From the NCBI RefSeq assembly GCF_020745735.1, contig NC_083428.1:30504001-30568000 (forward strand): a stretch of DNA of 64,000 nt, in the 5' to 3' direction. The notes below the pieces were generated by a model. That model was given only the letters and a program-made list of their open reading frames with translations. It ran no database searches and was not told the origin of the DNA. The DNA comes from Hemiscyllium ocellatum. Taxonomy: Eukaryota. The translations under genes were made by a program, and so were the position numbers. Positions 1 to 14,610 of this stretch are shown here, piece by piece. Numbering within the stretch: the stretch's first letter is position 1; each line of letters begins with the position of its first letter.

Positions 1-219
1 AAGCAGATGTAGGACAGCAAGTACAAGGCTGATGGATAAACGTACACACCATTAATTAGGGCAAGGACAGAAGAGATTTGGATAAACTCAAGTTTATGGA
101 GATTGAAAAAAGTCCACGCAAAACAGCATTGGAATAGTCAAATAGACAAGGTGGAAATAGATGAAAATCAGCTATGGCGTTGTTCTGACTCAAAATCAAT
201 ACAAAACTCAACCACTTAC

Positions 220-385
220 CCAGAGCTGTCCAGGCTAAACCCATTACAACACCCGGAGGAGTAACATCATACATCCTATCCACTGTGAAAACAGGTTTTC
301 CGACAAAGTCTTGGAGGTTTCCAGGGGTTATCATTACTGCGTCAGCCTCCTTGTGTACAATTTTGTAAGCAGCCTTGCGAAATAC
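220..385 (-). CDS. LONP1: LONP1 coding exon 15 (start of protease domain; gene continues beyond the window edge)
   Basis: [55 protein letters not shown](G), 166 nt, AG/GT ends. Confidence 0.97.
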
Positions 386-581
386 CTGCAGAGGGGAAAA
401 AAGGTCAATTGTGACTGTAGAGGTCCAATTAACAAATAAAGTACAAAACAAAACTGCAAATGAGGTGCAGAGATGTAAAAGCAGTTGAAGAATGATTAGC
501 TTAAATAGTCGGTTATTAAGAATGGTGGGAAATTTCTGTGAAGCTAGTTTTTATTTCTGCTAGGAAGCTTGTTTTGGTTTG

Positions 582-893
582 GATTAGATTAGATTACCTA
601 GTGTGGAAACAGACCCTTCGGCCCAACAAACCCACACCGACCCACCAAAGCGCACCCACCCAGACCCATTCCTTTACATTTACCCTTGCACCTAACACCT
701 TGGCAATTTAGCATGGCCAATTCACCTTACCTGCACATTTTTGGACTGTGGGAGGAAACCGGAGCACCTGGGGGAAACCCACACAGACACTGGGAGAATG
801 TGCAAACTCCACAGTCAAGAGTCAGTCGCCTGAGGCAGGAATTGAACCCAGGTCTCTGGCGCTGTGAGGCAGCAGTGCTAACCACTGTGCCAC
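582..893 (-). mobile_element. HE1-like V-SINE
   Basis: tRNA-like head, central gtgtggagtttgcacattctc...gtttcctcc domain, CR1-like tail ending in taatc repeats. Confidence 0.85.
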
Positions 894-933
894 CCACTAA
901 AGCATTTAATATTTGTAGCAAGCAGAACATTGT

Positions 934-1262
934 TGCACGGTGGTTCAATAGTTAGCACTGCTTCCTCATAGCGCCAGGGATCCGGGTTCGATTCTAGCCT
1001 CAGGTGAACGTCTGTGTGGAGTTTGCACATTCTTCCCATGTCTGCACAGGTTTCCTCCAGGTGCTCCAGTTTCTTCCCACAATTCAAAACGTGTAGGTTA
1101 GGTGAATTGGCCATGCTAAATTGCCCATAGCATTCAGGTGCATTAGTCAGGGGAAATATAGAGTAATAGGGTGGGGGAATGGGTCTGGGTAGGAAACTCT
1201 TTGGAGGGTCGGTGTGGACTTGTTGGCCAAATGGCCCGTTTCCACACTATAGGGATTCTACT
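934..1262 (+). mobile_element. HE1-like V-SINE
   Basis: Same consensus, head-to-head with the previous copy. Confidence 0.85.
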
Positions 1263-1369
1263 TTAAAAAAATATTGAGAGGAGTATTGGCAACAGTAATC
1301 AGGGAGCAAGCGGAAGCCCAGGAGTCCCTGCATCTTTCAATGTTGGATTTAAGGCACAAGGACCTGTAA

Positions 1370-2172
1370 GGCGTTCAACAAGGTTCCCCATGGGAGACTA
1401 GTTAGCAAGGTTAGATTTTACAGAATACAGGAAGAACTAACCATTTGGATACAGAACTTGCTCAAAATCAGAAGACAGAGGGTTGTTTTTCAGACTGGAG
1501 GCCTATGACCAGTAGAGTGCCACATGGATCGGTGCTGGGTCTACTACTTTTCCTCATATACATAAGTAATGTGGATATGAACATAGGAGGTATAGTTAGT
1601 AAGTTTGCAGATGACACCAGAACAGGATCTTAATCAGATGGATCAATGGGCTGAGGAGTGGCAGATGGAGTTTAATTTAGATAAATGTGAGGTGTTGCAA
1701 TTTAGGAAAGCAAATCTTAGCAGGAGTTATATATTTAATGGTAAAGGTCCTAGGGAGTGTTGCTGAACAAAGACCTTGGAGTGCAAGTTTATAGCTCCTT
1801 GAAAGTGGAGTCGCAGGTAGATAAGATGTCAAGGAGGCGTTTGGTATGCTTTCCATTGTCAGTCAGAGCATGGAGTATAGGAGTTGGGAGGTCACATTTC
1901 AGCTGTACAGGACATTGGTTAGGCCACTTTTGGAATACTGCGTGCAATTCTGGTCTCCTTCCTATTGGAAGGATGTTGTGAAACTTGAAAGGGGTCAGCT
2001 AAGATTTACAAGGGCTTTGCCAAGGTTGGAGGGTTTGAGCTATGGGGAGAGGCTGATCAGGCTGGGGCTGTTTTCCCTGGAGCATTGAAGGCGGAGGGGT
2101 GACTTTATAGAGGTTTACAAAATCATGGGGGGCATGGATAGGGTAAATAGACAAAGTCTTTTCCCTTGGGCC

Positions 2173-2214
<42 letters not shown>

Positions 2215-2550
2215 GAAATGAGAAAAAGAGTCCAGAACGAGACAGCATATTTTTAGGGTGAGAGGGGAAAGATATGAAAGGGATTGAAGGGGAAAGATAT
2301 GAAAGGGATTGAAGAAACAATGTTTTCACATAGAGGGTGCAGCGTGTATGAAGTCAGCTACCAGAGGAAGTGGCGAGGCTGCTACAATTACACCATTTAA
2401 AAAAGGTATTTGGATGGGTATATGAATAGGAAGGGTTTCCAGGGATATGGGCTAAGCACTGGCAAATGGAACTAGAGGAGGTTGGGATATCTGGTCGGCA
2501 TGGACGGGTTGGACCGAAGGGTCTGTTTCTGTGCTGTACATCTCTATGAC
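1370..2550 (+). mobile_element. CR1/HER1 LINE 3' part (RT)
   Basis: VPHGSVLG, FADDT, YRTLVRPLLEYCVQFWSP; 3' end ctctatgac. Confidence 0.9.
2177..2213 (+). repeat. G37 homopolymer
   Basis: Direct count. Confidence 0.9.
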
Positions 2551-2569
2551 AAACAGTTACAATAGGAGG

Positions 2570-3180
2570 TTAGAGGTCAGGAATTCTGTGGTGAGCAACT
2601 CAGCCCGACTCCCAAAACCCATCCACCATCTACAAGGCACAAGTCCAGGAGTGTGATGGAATACTCCCCACTAGCCTGGATGAATGCAGTCCAACAACAT
2701 TCAAGCAGTTTCTAACCATTCAGGACAAAGCAGCCCACTTGATTGGCACCATAACCACTGTCTCCACTATCGCTCAGCACTGGCAATGTGTTATCTACAA
2801 CATGCACTGCAGAAATTCACTCAAGATCCTCAGACAGCACCTTCCAAATCCATGACCACTTCCATTTAGGAGAACAGGGTAGCAGATACATGGAAACAGT
2901 CATCTACAAAGTCCCCTCCATGCCACTCACCACCCTGATTAGAAATATGGCCACTTCTTTACTGTTGCTGGGTCGAAATACTGCAAATGCCTCTCTGACA
3001 GCATTGAGTGTTAACCCACAGCACATGGACTACAGCAGCTCAAAAAGGCTGTTCACCTCTACCTTCTCAAGAGTAATTAGGAACAGGCAATTAATGCTGG
3101 ACAGCCAGCAATACCCATGCCCACAAGTCAACAGAAGAAAAAAGTTAGCCTTACCATTGATGCCCAGATCCCATGAATGA
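2570..3180 (+). mobile_element. LINE (CR1/L2 group) 3' fragment
   Basis: IYKAQV.SVMEYSPLAW RT C-terminus. A related copy lies at ~55925-56810 on the minus strand. Confidence 0.65.
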
Positions 3181-3273
3181 ATATTGAAAACAAAAGTTGA
3201 CATTGAATATATAATAAACTGAGCAGCCCTCTCCAGGTTGGAGCATATATCTCAATAACCATAGTGCACTCAC

Positions 3274-3414
3274 CTTCTCCACCTGTTTTTGCAGATTGCG
3301 AACTCCACTTTCCCTGCAATACTGTTTAATGAGAACAGTAAGTGCTTCGGATGTAATCTGCACTCCCTCCTTCTCCAGACCACAGGCATTCAGAGCTTGA
3401 GGAACTAAGTAACG
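3274..3414 (-). CDS. LONP1: LONP1 coding exon 14
   Basis: RYLVPQALNACGLEKEGVQITSEALTVLIKQYCRESGVRNLQKQVEK, 141 nt, AG/GT ends. Confidence 0.97.
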
Positions 3415-3479
3415 CTGCAATAAAGTGAGAATCAAGGTTTACAACCCAAAGACAAAATATTGTAGAGATTTAAGTATAC

Positions 3480-3780
3480 TAATTGCATTCTTGAAGGCAA
3501 TCACAGCAGCCAATTTGTCACACAAACAGTGATGAGATGAATGACTGATTTATCAATTTTTGATAGCATTATTTAGATGATAATTGTTGTCTAGGGCACA
3601 ATCAATCAGAATTTCCTAGCATCTTATGACCAGTGCCATGGGATATCATAATCTATTTGAACAGACATGGTATTAATGTCTCAACCAAAATATGGCATTT
3701 GAAAAATCATGCATTTTTTTTTCCTGTTCAAGAAAGAAAAGTGGGATTTGAAACTCATGATCTACTATCTCAGCACTGGA
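3480..3780 (-). mobile_element. Diverged DeuSINE-like (SacSINE1-type) element
   Basis: Minus strand tgccatattttggttgagacattaa...gatatcccatggcac resembles the Deu domain. Confidence 0.45.
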
Positions 3781-3935
3781 ACAGGATTACTATGAAACTC
3801 TGGAAACACTAAATTATTTGTTTGCATCCAACTTGCCAAGGCACCATTATTATCATGATGCCCCACATTCACAATCCCTCACACAATACAAAAAGGTATC
3901 ATGTTCAAACAATATGGTCCTTCAGATCTACTCTA

Positions 3936-4076
<141 letters not shown>

Positions 4077-4689
4077 CTAGCAAATTGAGAGATATGGGAT
4101 TAGAGCAGATTAGTCCACAACATATCCTTTTTCAGCATCCTATCAAGTTTTCAGATTCTCACGAGGCACAGTTTCACAGATTGGAGCTGCTCAGATGAAT
4201 ATTTAACCACAACCCAGACCATATGCAACCAACGATCTCTGGTAATCTCATCCACAAAATTTAGACTTCATTGTACCAATATTTCTTTATTCAATTTTTT
4301 GGTGGGACACAACATATGGAAAAGGCAGTTTTATTATGGTTTTCCAAGACACAGTATATTGCACTTTTACTAGTAGTAATGTCACTGGACGAGTAATCCA
4401 GAACTCCAGGCCAATTCCTGAAGACATTGGTGTTTGAATCCGACCATGGCATTTGAAAACATGGGCTTGCAGTAAAAAAATTTGGAATATAAATGTTAGC
4501 CTAATGGTTACTGAAGAACGATGTGAAAATCCACCTAGTTCACCGTTGTCCTTAGGGAAAGAAATCTGCCATCCTTACCTGTTCGGGCTTATATGTCATT
4601 TGTAGTGGACTCTTATTTGCAGATAGTCTAGGAGGTGCTAGAGCAATGGATCTGATTTCAATGGCAAAGAGTTTAATTTAAAGGGGCAA

Positions 4690-5940
4690 ATCATAGAAGG
4701 AGATAGTGTAAAGCCATGATATGCTTCTCCTTCTGTGTGGGAAGTCAGACACAGTTCCACAGCTCAGGACTAAAACGTGTACAGGAAGTGTCTAGCTGCA
4801 GATAAAGATTGGAGTTGGAGCGGCAGGTAGGGAAACTGCAGCAACTGCAAGGTTGAATGTATCATAGCCAGCACATACACAGCGCTGGTCACTGCGTAGA
4901 TTGAGATGCCACAGGCAAGGACAGAACGGATGACCACCAGGCAAACAAGGAAGACTAGGCAAGGTGTGCAGGTGTCCTCTTTGTCCATCCCCCTGCAAAA
5001 CAGGTAGTGTTTTGGATATTGTTGAGAGGAATGGCCTCTTAGACAAAAGTGGCAGTAGCCAAATTTGTTACACTTAGGTTGGCTTTGCTGAATGGGAGAA
5101 GTAGTGTGGGAAGGTTACACTAATAGGGAATTCAAGGGTAACTGATACACCTTTGTGTGGCTGCAAACAAGGTGGGACTTTGCATCCCAGATGCTAGGGT
5201 CAAGGATGGCTTGAAGTAGCTCCATTCTGCAGCAGGAAGATGAACAACTAGTGGTTAGGGTAAGAAAAGGGATGAGAGTCTTATAGCAGAATATAGGGAG
5301 TTAGAATTAAAAAGTAGTACATCAAAAATCAGGGTTGCTAACAGAATCAAATGCTAGTCAGAGTAGAAATAGCCAAATGTAACTGATTGACATGTGATTG
5401 TAGAGATGGTAGAAAGAGGTGTGTTTCAGATTCCTGGGACATTGGACTGATATAGGTTCCACCAACCCCAGAACAAGTTGGCTGGGTTGTACCTGGGCAG
5501 AACGGGAACTGATGTTTCAGGGAAAGTAGTTGCTACAGCAGTTCAGGAGGGTTTAAATTAAAATGACAGGGGGTTGGGAACCTACACAGGGAGATAGAAT
5601 GGGGAAAACAAGAGCCAAAACAAAAGACCAACTGGGAAATAGGAAAGGCGATAGGCAGAGAGTTCAAGGTGAAAAATAGAACACAAGAGTAAGCACGTGG
5701 GGAATGTACAAACTGATTATAAAAAATTTCTTTTGGTATGTGAAGATAAATGTCAACCCCTTATAGTCAGAAACAATGAAAGTTATGAATGGTAACAAAC
5801 AGATGGAAGACTAAATACATATTTTGCTCCTGTTGCACAATGGAGATCAGAAGAAGTAATATCCCACACACTTGGGAAATGTGGTCTAGTGAGAGGGAGG
5901 GACTGAAGGAAATCAATATTTGTGAAGAAATAACAGTCTG
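4690..5940 (+). mobile_element. Old CR1 5' / ORF1 remnant
   Basis: Decayed ORF1-like sequence resembling 31620-31840. Confidence 0.5.
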
Positions 5941-6443
5941 CCCATTGCACATAAATCACATGTCTGTTCTTCAGCTTTCATGGCAATGAAAATAAGATAA
6001 TATAGTGAAGACACATCATCACAAGAACAAGCGCTGATTCTAAAACTGATCAAAAAATGTTATTTCTCAAACATATTAACTTTAAATATACAAACATATT
6101 TTATGACTAGTTCCCAATTTAAAAAAAAATGATGGCTTATGAAATTACATCCAGTAAGATTTAAGTTTTAGTCAGGACTAATTTCAATAAGTTTTGCAGT
6201 TGATGATGCAACATTGGCTGAGGACTAATGATAACATGTTGAAAAGCAAAAGCAAGTGAAAAAGTAAAAATCAGGTTAAGCTTTCAGCTACTGATCACAG
6301 GTACCATCTAGCAGGATGGTACCCAAGATGATGGAATTGTGTCTAGTTGTGATATCCTCAATGAGCTGTAATACCGTCCATGTGCAGCAGCAACAATCAT
6401 TGTACAGATTCTCTAGCAACTGAGGGGTAAATGGAACCTTATC

Positions 6444-6694
6444 AATCAATAAGCACATCGACCTGGACCCAACATACTGACCACTGCAGTGGACAGTTGA
6501 AACTGGCACCCGAAAGCGGCAGATTCAAACCACTATAAATGCCAGAGGAAAGATCACAGAAGCGCTTCACAGGAGGCTCCCAAGCACTGAGGATGTCACC
6601 TAGACAGGGGACGAAACATCTGCAACACAAATTCCCAGCTCTGCGAACAGAACCACAACAAGGAGCACCCAAGCTACAAATCTTCTCCCAAACT
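6444..6694 (+). mobile_element. Penelope-like 3' end of a second family, with hammerhead motif
   Basis: ORF end INKHIDLDP. 12-bp TSD tggaaccttatc / tggagccttatc at 6432-6443 and 6695-6706. Confidence 0.7.
6584..6623 (+). ncRNA. Minimal hammerhead ribozyme motif (probably decayed)
   Basis: GCA-CTGAGGA-T-GTCACCT-AGAC-AGGGGAC-GAAAC-ATC-TGC: core boxes, stem II and a 3-bp stem I. Confidence 0.65.
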
Positions 6695-7463
6695 TGGAGC
6701 CTTATCTGATTAATAGTTTAAAAAAAGCTTATAGTTTACAACTAATTATATTGATTTCTTGTCCTGTAAATGTTGATTTCAAGTAATAAGTTAATTCAAT
6801 ATAAGTAATACCACAAAGTGAGTTCAGTGCTTAAAATTAATAATTTGAATTAAATGGCTTCAAGCTAAAAATGGTATAAAATTTCATGCTGGATTATTTA
6901 TTCTGAACAGGAGACAATAAGTTTAGCTTTCAAAACCACAACTGTGAACACGACGTTAAAATCAATTCAGTGGTAAATTCCAAGCTATCATGCTGAAAAC
7001 TACTTCTAAAATTGCATTGTGGGCATTACTGGCAAGGATGAAATTTCTTGCATTATCCTTCAGAGTTGCTTGCTGGGTCATTTCAACACTGACCCACATT
7101 ACTACAGATCTAGAGTCACACACATGCCAGACCAGGTTAAGGATGGCAGATTTCTTTCCTGAAGGACATTAGTGACACAGATGAGTTTTCATGGTGCTAT
7201 TACCAAGGCTTTATTTTGCCGATTCATCAAATGAATAAACTGAATTGGTGGGATGTGAACCTGTGTTTCCAGGATTTTAGCTGCTGGACTACTAGCCCAG
7301 TTACCTTACATTGTGAAGCCACAGCCTCTTTGAATTGACAGGCTACACTTTAACTGAAAATTAGAATCAATGGCAAGAAAAAGTAACTTCCATTTCAGTA
7401 ATCTTGCAGCAGACCCAAGAAAGGAGAGCAAAAGTTGATACAGGAAGGGAACTCAAAACATAC

Positions 7464-7586
7464 TTTTGACAAGTCAACAGGCACATCAAGATAATGGTCC
7501 AGAAAGTTAAAATTCTGTTCTGGATCAAGAAGTTCCAAGAGTGCAGAAGATGGGTCTCCCTGATAACCACGACCAATTTTATCAAT
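7464..7586 (-). CDS. LONP1: LONP1 coding exon 12
   Basis: [41 protein letters not shown], 123 nt, AG/GT ends. Confidence 0.98.
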
Positions 7587-7773
7587 CTGGAATAGGCACA
7601 AATAAAAATTACAAACAATTAGACATGCAAGAACATTTTCAATCACGTAACTAACAGTGGACAAGCAGCACTTGGGTCATTAATAAGTGATCCAATTGAA
7701 TTCAGTACAATATGAAATCTGTACATGTGAAATGGCAGTCAAAATGTGAAGTTTTAACACCATCTGTTTGTTA

Positions 7774-8196
<423 letters not shown>

Positions 8197-9585
8197 TTAG
8201 TTTGGGCAGAAATCTAAAGCAAAGTTTACAGAGACTTAGCAAAATGCTTCTAGGCATTGAGGGGTTTAGTTTCAAGGTTAGATCAATATTGTTTTCAATT
8301 AAGTAAAAGGAGATTGAGGGGCGATTTGACAGTGGTGTTCAAGATTGATGGGCTTGGAAAGGTAGACAAGGAAAATCTCCTACTATTAGTTGATCGTACA
8401 TGGACAAGCCAACAAAGATGCAAGGCTTGGGAAGAGATCCAGTGGGTATGAGAGGAAGATATTTTTAAAAAAGTTGCCGATCTTGAATTTGCAGCCCACA
8501 GGGGTGGTGGATATGGAAAAATCTTTTGATTAAAAAAATTAGACTAGGTACGTGAAGAAAATTAACCTGAATGAACACAAGGGCCAAGCAGGGAAGTAGG
8601 ACTAAGCAGGGCTCTGTAGGGAGCCAGCACTAATTCAATTGACCAAAAAGCCTCTTTGTGAGCTATAAATGACTAAGTATAAAAATGTTGCACAAAGAAA
8701 AATCAATGATAATTACAATGTGGATAGCAGCAAGAGGCAGGTCATTGTGTCACCTGTTGTAATGCACTGTGAGGGAGTAGTTTATCTTTAATGATCAATA
8801 ACTCATTAATTAGCAATTTAAGAAATCAAAATCCTCCTAGCTGATGCTATAAGAGGTTTGTTAGCTTTTGAACTCAGTGTAAAACATGATCTTTATCCTG
8901 AATTCAGCAGCACATCCCAAAAGCAATCTCATTTTAACTCTTGCACTTGTAGTGTATCATAAATGTTCAAATAGCTTTTCTTATCTCTAATATTTCTTAC
9001 ATTCATTATGATACCAATAGATGCACCTCCGAATACACAGCATTAATTTCTTAGTCTACTAACCTTGTAAAGAGTGCGCAAATATGTAGACACTTAAAAA
9101 TGCATAAAATTTAGTATAAATAGAATAGTGCTATTTACATTACCTCCTTCCCTTTAGGTTAGGCCCAAAAACACCACAATGCAAAATTAACACAATTATG
9201 TTAATATATCATTAGTGTCATCATATCTCTAATGGAGCAGAGCCGATAGCAAAAAAATTAACAATGGTACCTGCAGAAATTCTGTAGTACTGTTTATTTA
9301 ATAAACAATGCTACATAGGTATTTATAAAGAAAACGAGCATAAGTGAAACAGCACGTAGCCACACTACAGTACTGCACAGCCACAAGTGGAATGAGGGAG
9401 AAGAAATCCACCAGGATTCCTGTTACTGATCATTAACCAATGAGGATCATGAAATTAAGCTGGGATGAAAATTGACTGAAGTACAAACAGATGATCACAA
9501 AAATCTATACTTTTTAGATACATTATTTTAAGACTAATTTGCACTTAAAACACTAGAATTGCAGTTATTTCAATATTAACAGCTA

Positions 9586-9897
<312 letters not shown>

Positions 9898-10607
9898 TTA
9901 GACTTACAGATTTACCTCACCTAACAGGAGTGTCATATCATCATTACAATGAAAACGTTTTACAAAGCATCATTAAAATCAGTAGGAATTTCACTAACTG
10001 AAGAGACCAGAGAGTACATTGGGAACAATTGAGGTAATTAGTGTTGATCAAATTAAGGCAGAGCCCAATAAGGAGGTAGTAAAATGGAATAATGAGTTAT
10101 GCAGATAAACTTTGAGATGGAAGATTGGTAGAAGAGAGCATAAATACAGTCATGGACTGTTTAAGCCAAGATGGCCCATTTAGGTACTGTATATCCTTAA
10201 ATTTTGCATCAATGTGAACAGTTTCCATTGGGATATATCTGACTTCTGAATTTAAGGAGAAAGCAAAACAAGCATCTTTTAAACCCATGCGGAATTAACT
10301 TAAGTGCTTATACGATGACCTAAAAATGTTTAAATTTTAAATGTATAGAAAGTAATTCTTATTATATAGACAGACTTGCCCCTCAGTATGCCAGCAGCTC
10401 AAAACAATCTCTAATTGACCCTAACAACTCTGAAGGATGATACGGAAATCAAGGGATAATTAATCCAATTTTCCCACTCCAGGGAAATAGAAGGGATCTA
10501 GTCAGCATTGCTCCAAGCTGAAGAGATCGTCTAGTAAACCTTTTATATCAGAGCACAGATCAATCCCTCTTTGACGTATATAGCACTGACAACTGATCAG
10601 CTCATAC

Positions 10608-10746
10608 CAGGATGCGTTTTTTGACCTCATCCATGCCATAATGATCCTCCTCCAATACTTCATTGGCTCGTTTAAGATCCATATTTTCTTCACTGCATTT
10701 TCCCCAAGGCATTGTTGTCAGCCAGTCCAAGTAATTCCGAGTTACA
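10608..10746 (-). CDS. LONP1: LONP1 coding exon 9
   Basis: [46 protein letters not shown], 139 nt, AG/GT ends. Confidence 0.97.
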
Positions 10747-11713
10747 CTAAACCAGGTGAAATAAAAATAATATTAACCAACAACACCTAAAGTAAACTAC
10801 AATCATGCAGCCCACCAGTTAATGACTCTTTTACAGAACTGTTTATAAATTAAAAATCAAAGCTTCACACACACTAAAAATTAGTTTGAAAACACTGAGC
10901 AGATCTCATGTTAAGTTGGATGTTATGCTGCTTATTATTTTAGTCTTACACTATACAATATAAGCACAATCTATTAATCTGCCAAAAGGGTTACACTGCT
11001 CCTTTAAAAGTTGAGAGTCTATCTACCCTAAATAAGAAGCGCACAGTCAATTAGGGTTAAATTAAAATAACAGAACAGATTTTTACTTTAATTATTTTAG
11101 GCCTATTTAGAGCTATGATATACTTACGAAGCAGATGGGACATGAACGCATGCCTCCTGGCTCAGACGCTGTTATTGGGAAATCAGTGACGGCAGCATCA
11201 TTGAATGACGAGGGTCAGAGGCTAGACAGCCTTTAATATCAGTTTGGAACTATTACAAAGGATAGTCCTACAGCATTCAAATGTTAACCATGTTTCTCTC
11301 TCCACAGATGTCAGGTTTACTGAAGTTCTTTGGCAATTTGCTTTTATAATATTGTAGTTGCCATTTCCCAGATGTTCCTCATTTTTACTTTATCTATGCT
11401 GGTTCATTTCCTTTTCTTAAAAAAAAACAGTATTTTGGCACTCCTGTTCCACATTTCTGATTTATTTCCTTGCCAGCTAAATCTGCACTTCATTGATTTG
11501 TTTCTGTTCTCTCCTTCTCTGTTTAATTTAAGCGGATTTAATTTCTAGTATAGGACAACGCCTGTATCAGGGGAATCATTTGCCACAGTTTCAGTTACCC
11601 GTGGTTTACCGTGGCCAGATCATATTATAGGGAACGTTCCGAGATTGCCAGGAAGGTAAATTTCCCATTAGAATGAATGAGTTTGCTTCTATTTGTGGTA
11701 GGTCCTGGAACGA

Positions 11714-11775
11714 GTGGGAGTGGGAGTGGGAGGCGGGGGGAGGAGGAGGAGGAGGAGGAGGCGGCGGAGGAAGAG
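11714..11775 (+). repeat. Purine-rich (GGGAGT)n/(GGA)n simple repeat
   Basis: Seen directly. Confidence 0.85.
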
Positions 11776-13163
11776 AGAAATAGTACTGCTGTATTCCTGT
11801 CCTTTCCAATTGGTCCTCACTACTTCAAAGTTGTTGTCACCTCCCTATTTACACTTTTCATTAAGACATTCATGCCCCGGTTCAGGTCACAGATTTCCTG
11901 TCACAGCACTCTGCTTTCCCACAACACCCATGTTAATTTTGCTGTTTGTTTCTATGCCAGTCTGTACATGACTCTGAAAACTTTGAGATCATCACCCTGG
12001 AGTTGCAACTTTTAAATTTTGGCTCCCAACTTCTGCTGTTCCATTAACAGGATTTCCTTTCTATTCCTACTTACATTGCTTGTTCTGATTTGAAAGAAAG
12101 ACAACAGATTATCTCTACCCACCACCAAATTCTCTTCAGCCATTGTGGGATATCCCTTGCTCTGGCAACCACGTACATTAGTGACTGCAAAGGACCCCAT
12201 CTATCCTCAGTTGTGGAGATATCTATTACTTCAACACTTTCTGGTCTATTTTGATGCACACGAGCGCAGAATCTCAGATCCAAGGAATTGCAAATGGTAT
12301 CAGTCATGCCAATATTCAGTGAAGATCCATATTTCTGGCCGTATAACAGATAGAATGTAATTGATGAAGTGGCTGGAGATTACTGATCCTTGACAGTACC
12401 CCAAATAACCCCTTAGTCTAAGCTAATTGGCCGATTAGTTCCTCCAGTTTTTAAACAAATGGATTATCCTGACTTTGAGTACAGACAATTAGTCCAAAGA
12501 TATAAATAATCTCAATTCACATAAAATGAAGCTGAGTGCAAGAAGTCTCCATTTTACAAAATGACTCTTTTGTATGAAGTAATGTAAATGTTTGCTCAGC
12601 CCTCAAAAGCTAAGTGTAACGTAACAGCTACATTCAGCATAAAATACTATTAAATTCGATTACAATCAAGATACTTCCATGGGAAATAACAGACCTAACT
12701 TAGAAATCACAATTTGCTCTCATATATCATATCAGCATAATCATTTTACCTTAATTCTGCGATGCTACTTCAAAATATTACTGATCCTACACTGCACTTA
12801 ACATATTGACATAATATATTATTGAAAATAAATATTAACTTTGTTTTAAAAATGCTCTTCATATCATTTACCTGCCAGCTTAAATGTTTCCCATCATGCA
12901 AAGGGGCTTTGCAAACATTCCTAATATTTCAACCCATCGTGACTTTGATTTAACTACCCCTTTTTCCCCAACTGCACTTCAATTTTGCAAAAACAGCATT
13001 CCATTTCCTTCACTGGCAGCTAGTTTTAAACTTTAAATTACAACTTTTTAAAAAAATGTTCTAAAGGTGATACAGAGCTCAGGAAACTTTCTTCCCTCCT
13101 GAAAACACTATTAGTCGTGCGATTCTAGAAAATGTTGTTTTGTAAATTTCCACAGGATTCTCA

Positions 13164-13385
<222 letters not shown>

Positions 13386-13831
13386 CTAAGAATTATGAAC
13401 AAATACTAGCTTCACTGTAGGGTCAATTTTGTATTTCATTAATACAACAACAGCAGATACTAAAATTGAGCTTTAGTCAGTAACATATGTATGCTTTTAA
13501 ATGAAAACCCAAGGTTACAAAGCTACCTTGAAGCATCACAGCAAAAATCCCTAGTGTGTATAAATAGTCTGTCCTCTGTGGCACCAGAACTCATGGTCCA
13601 ACTCAGTCTGGGCTAAAATAACCCAAAGTCAGATACAAAAGGAGGCACAATTGGCTTTAGGTCTACCAGTCAGGAACAACAACAAAAAATCTCATGTGTA
13701 CATGTGTATCCAGGACAGCTTTAGCAATCAGCAATTCTTGCAGATAATGGAGGATCACGTTTGCAACAATCTGGAAGGTGATTAGCCCTTTTGAACAGTA
13801 ACAGCGAAAGACAGCATCAATTAGATGTTTA

Positions 13832-13966
<135 letters not shown>

Positions 13967-14289
13967 CTAAAGAAACAAAACATAAGACAAAACACCAGGT
14001 CAAGTTATCCACTCACTGGGTTTCATGGGAATAAAACGTGAAATGCTGCAACACTAAATTTGTCAGGTCTGTATTTGCAGATTATTCAACTGATACACAA
14101 TTTGCCTTCAAATATTTCACCAGGCTTGAAGGCAGGGAGGTTGGGAATTGACATATAAAAAGATATTTTAAAAATGTAAAATGAGTGATGGTAAGAATGT
14201 TAACAGAACATGGAAAATTGAAGAGTTTAGGAATGAACGAGTAGAATGGTGGAGGTTTCCAAATATAAGTTACGTAAACAACATTTTTT

Positions 14290-14610
14290 AAAAAATCATT
14301 CATGGAACGAGGACATCGCTAGCTATTGCTCATCCTAATTGCCCAAAGGGCAGTTAAGAGTCAACCATATTGCTAGCGGTTTGGAGTCATATGTACGCCA
14401 CACCAGGTAAGGATGGCAGTTTCCTTCCCTTCAGGACATTAATAAGCCAGATGGGTTTTTCCCAACAATTGACAATGGATTCATCATTGGACTCTTCCAG
14501 ATATTTAATGAATTCAAATTCCACCACCCGCTGTAGCAGGATTCAAACCTGGAACATTACCTGGTCTATGGATTAAGAACAGGGATAATACCACTGGCTG
14601 TCACTTCCCC
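14290..14610 (-). mobile_element. Second SINE family (other copies ~4370-4620 +, ~7010-7310 -, ~17480-17740 +)
   Basis: Shared core gtcct...agggaaggaaa.ctgccatcctta; 3' tail ccatgaatga shared with the LINE at 2570-3180. Confidence 0.6.

Noticed and set aside
11560-11710. Tigger/MER44-like DNA transposon fragment
   Set aside because: Only a short resemblance (gtttcagttacccgtgg); no terminal inverted repeats or TA duplication could be confirmed.
11606-12015. Poly-Pro, poly-Glu and poly-Arg ORFs (also 2123-2329)
   Set aside because: These are translations of simple repeats.
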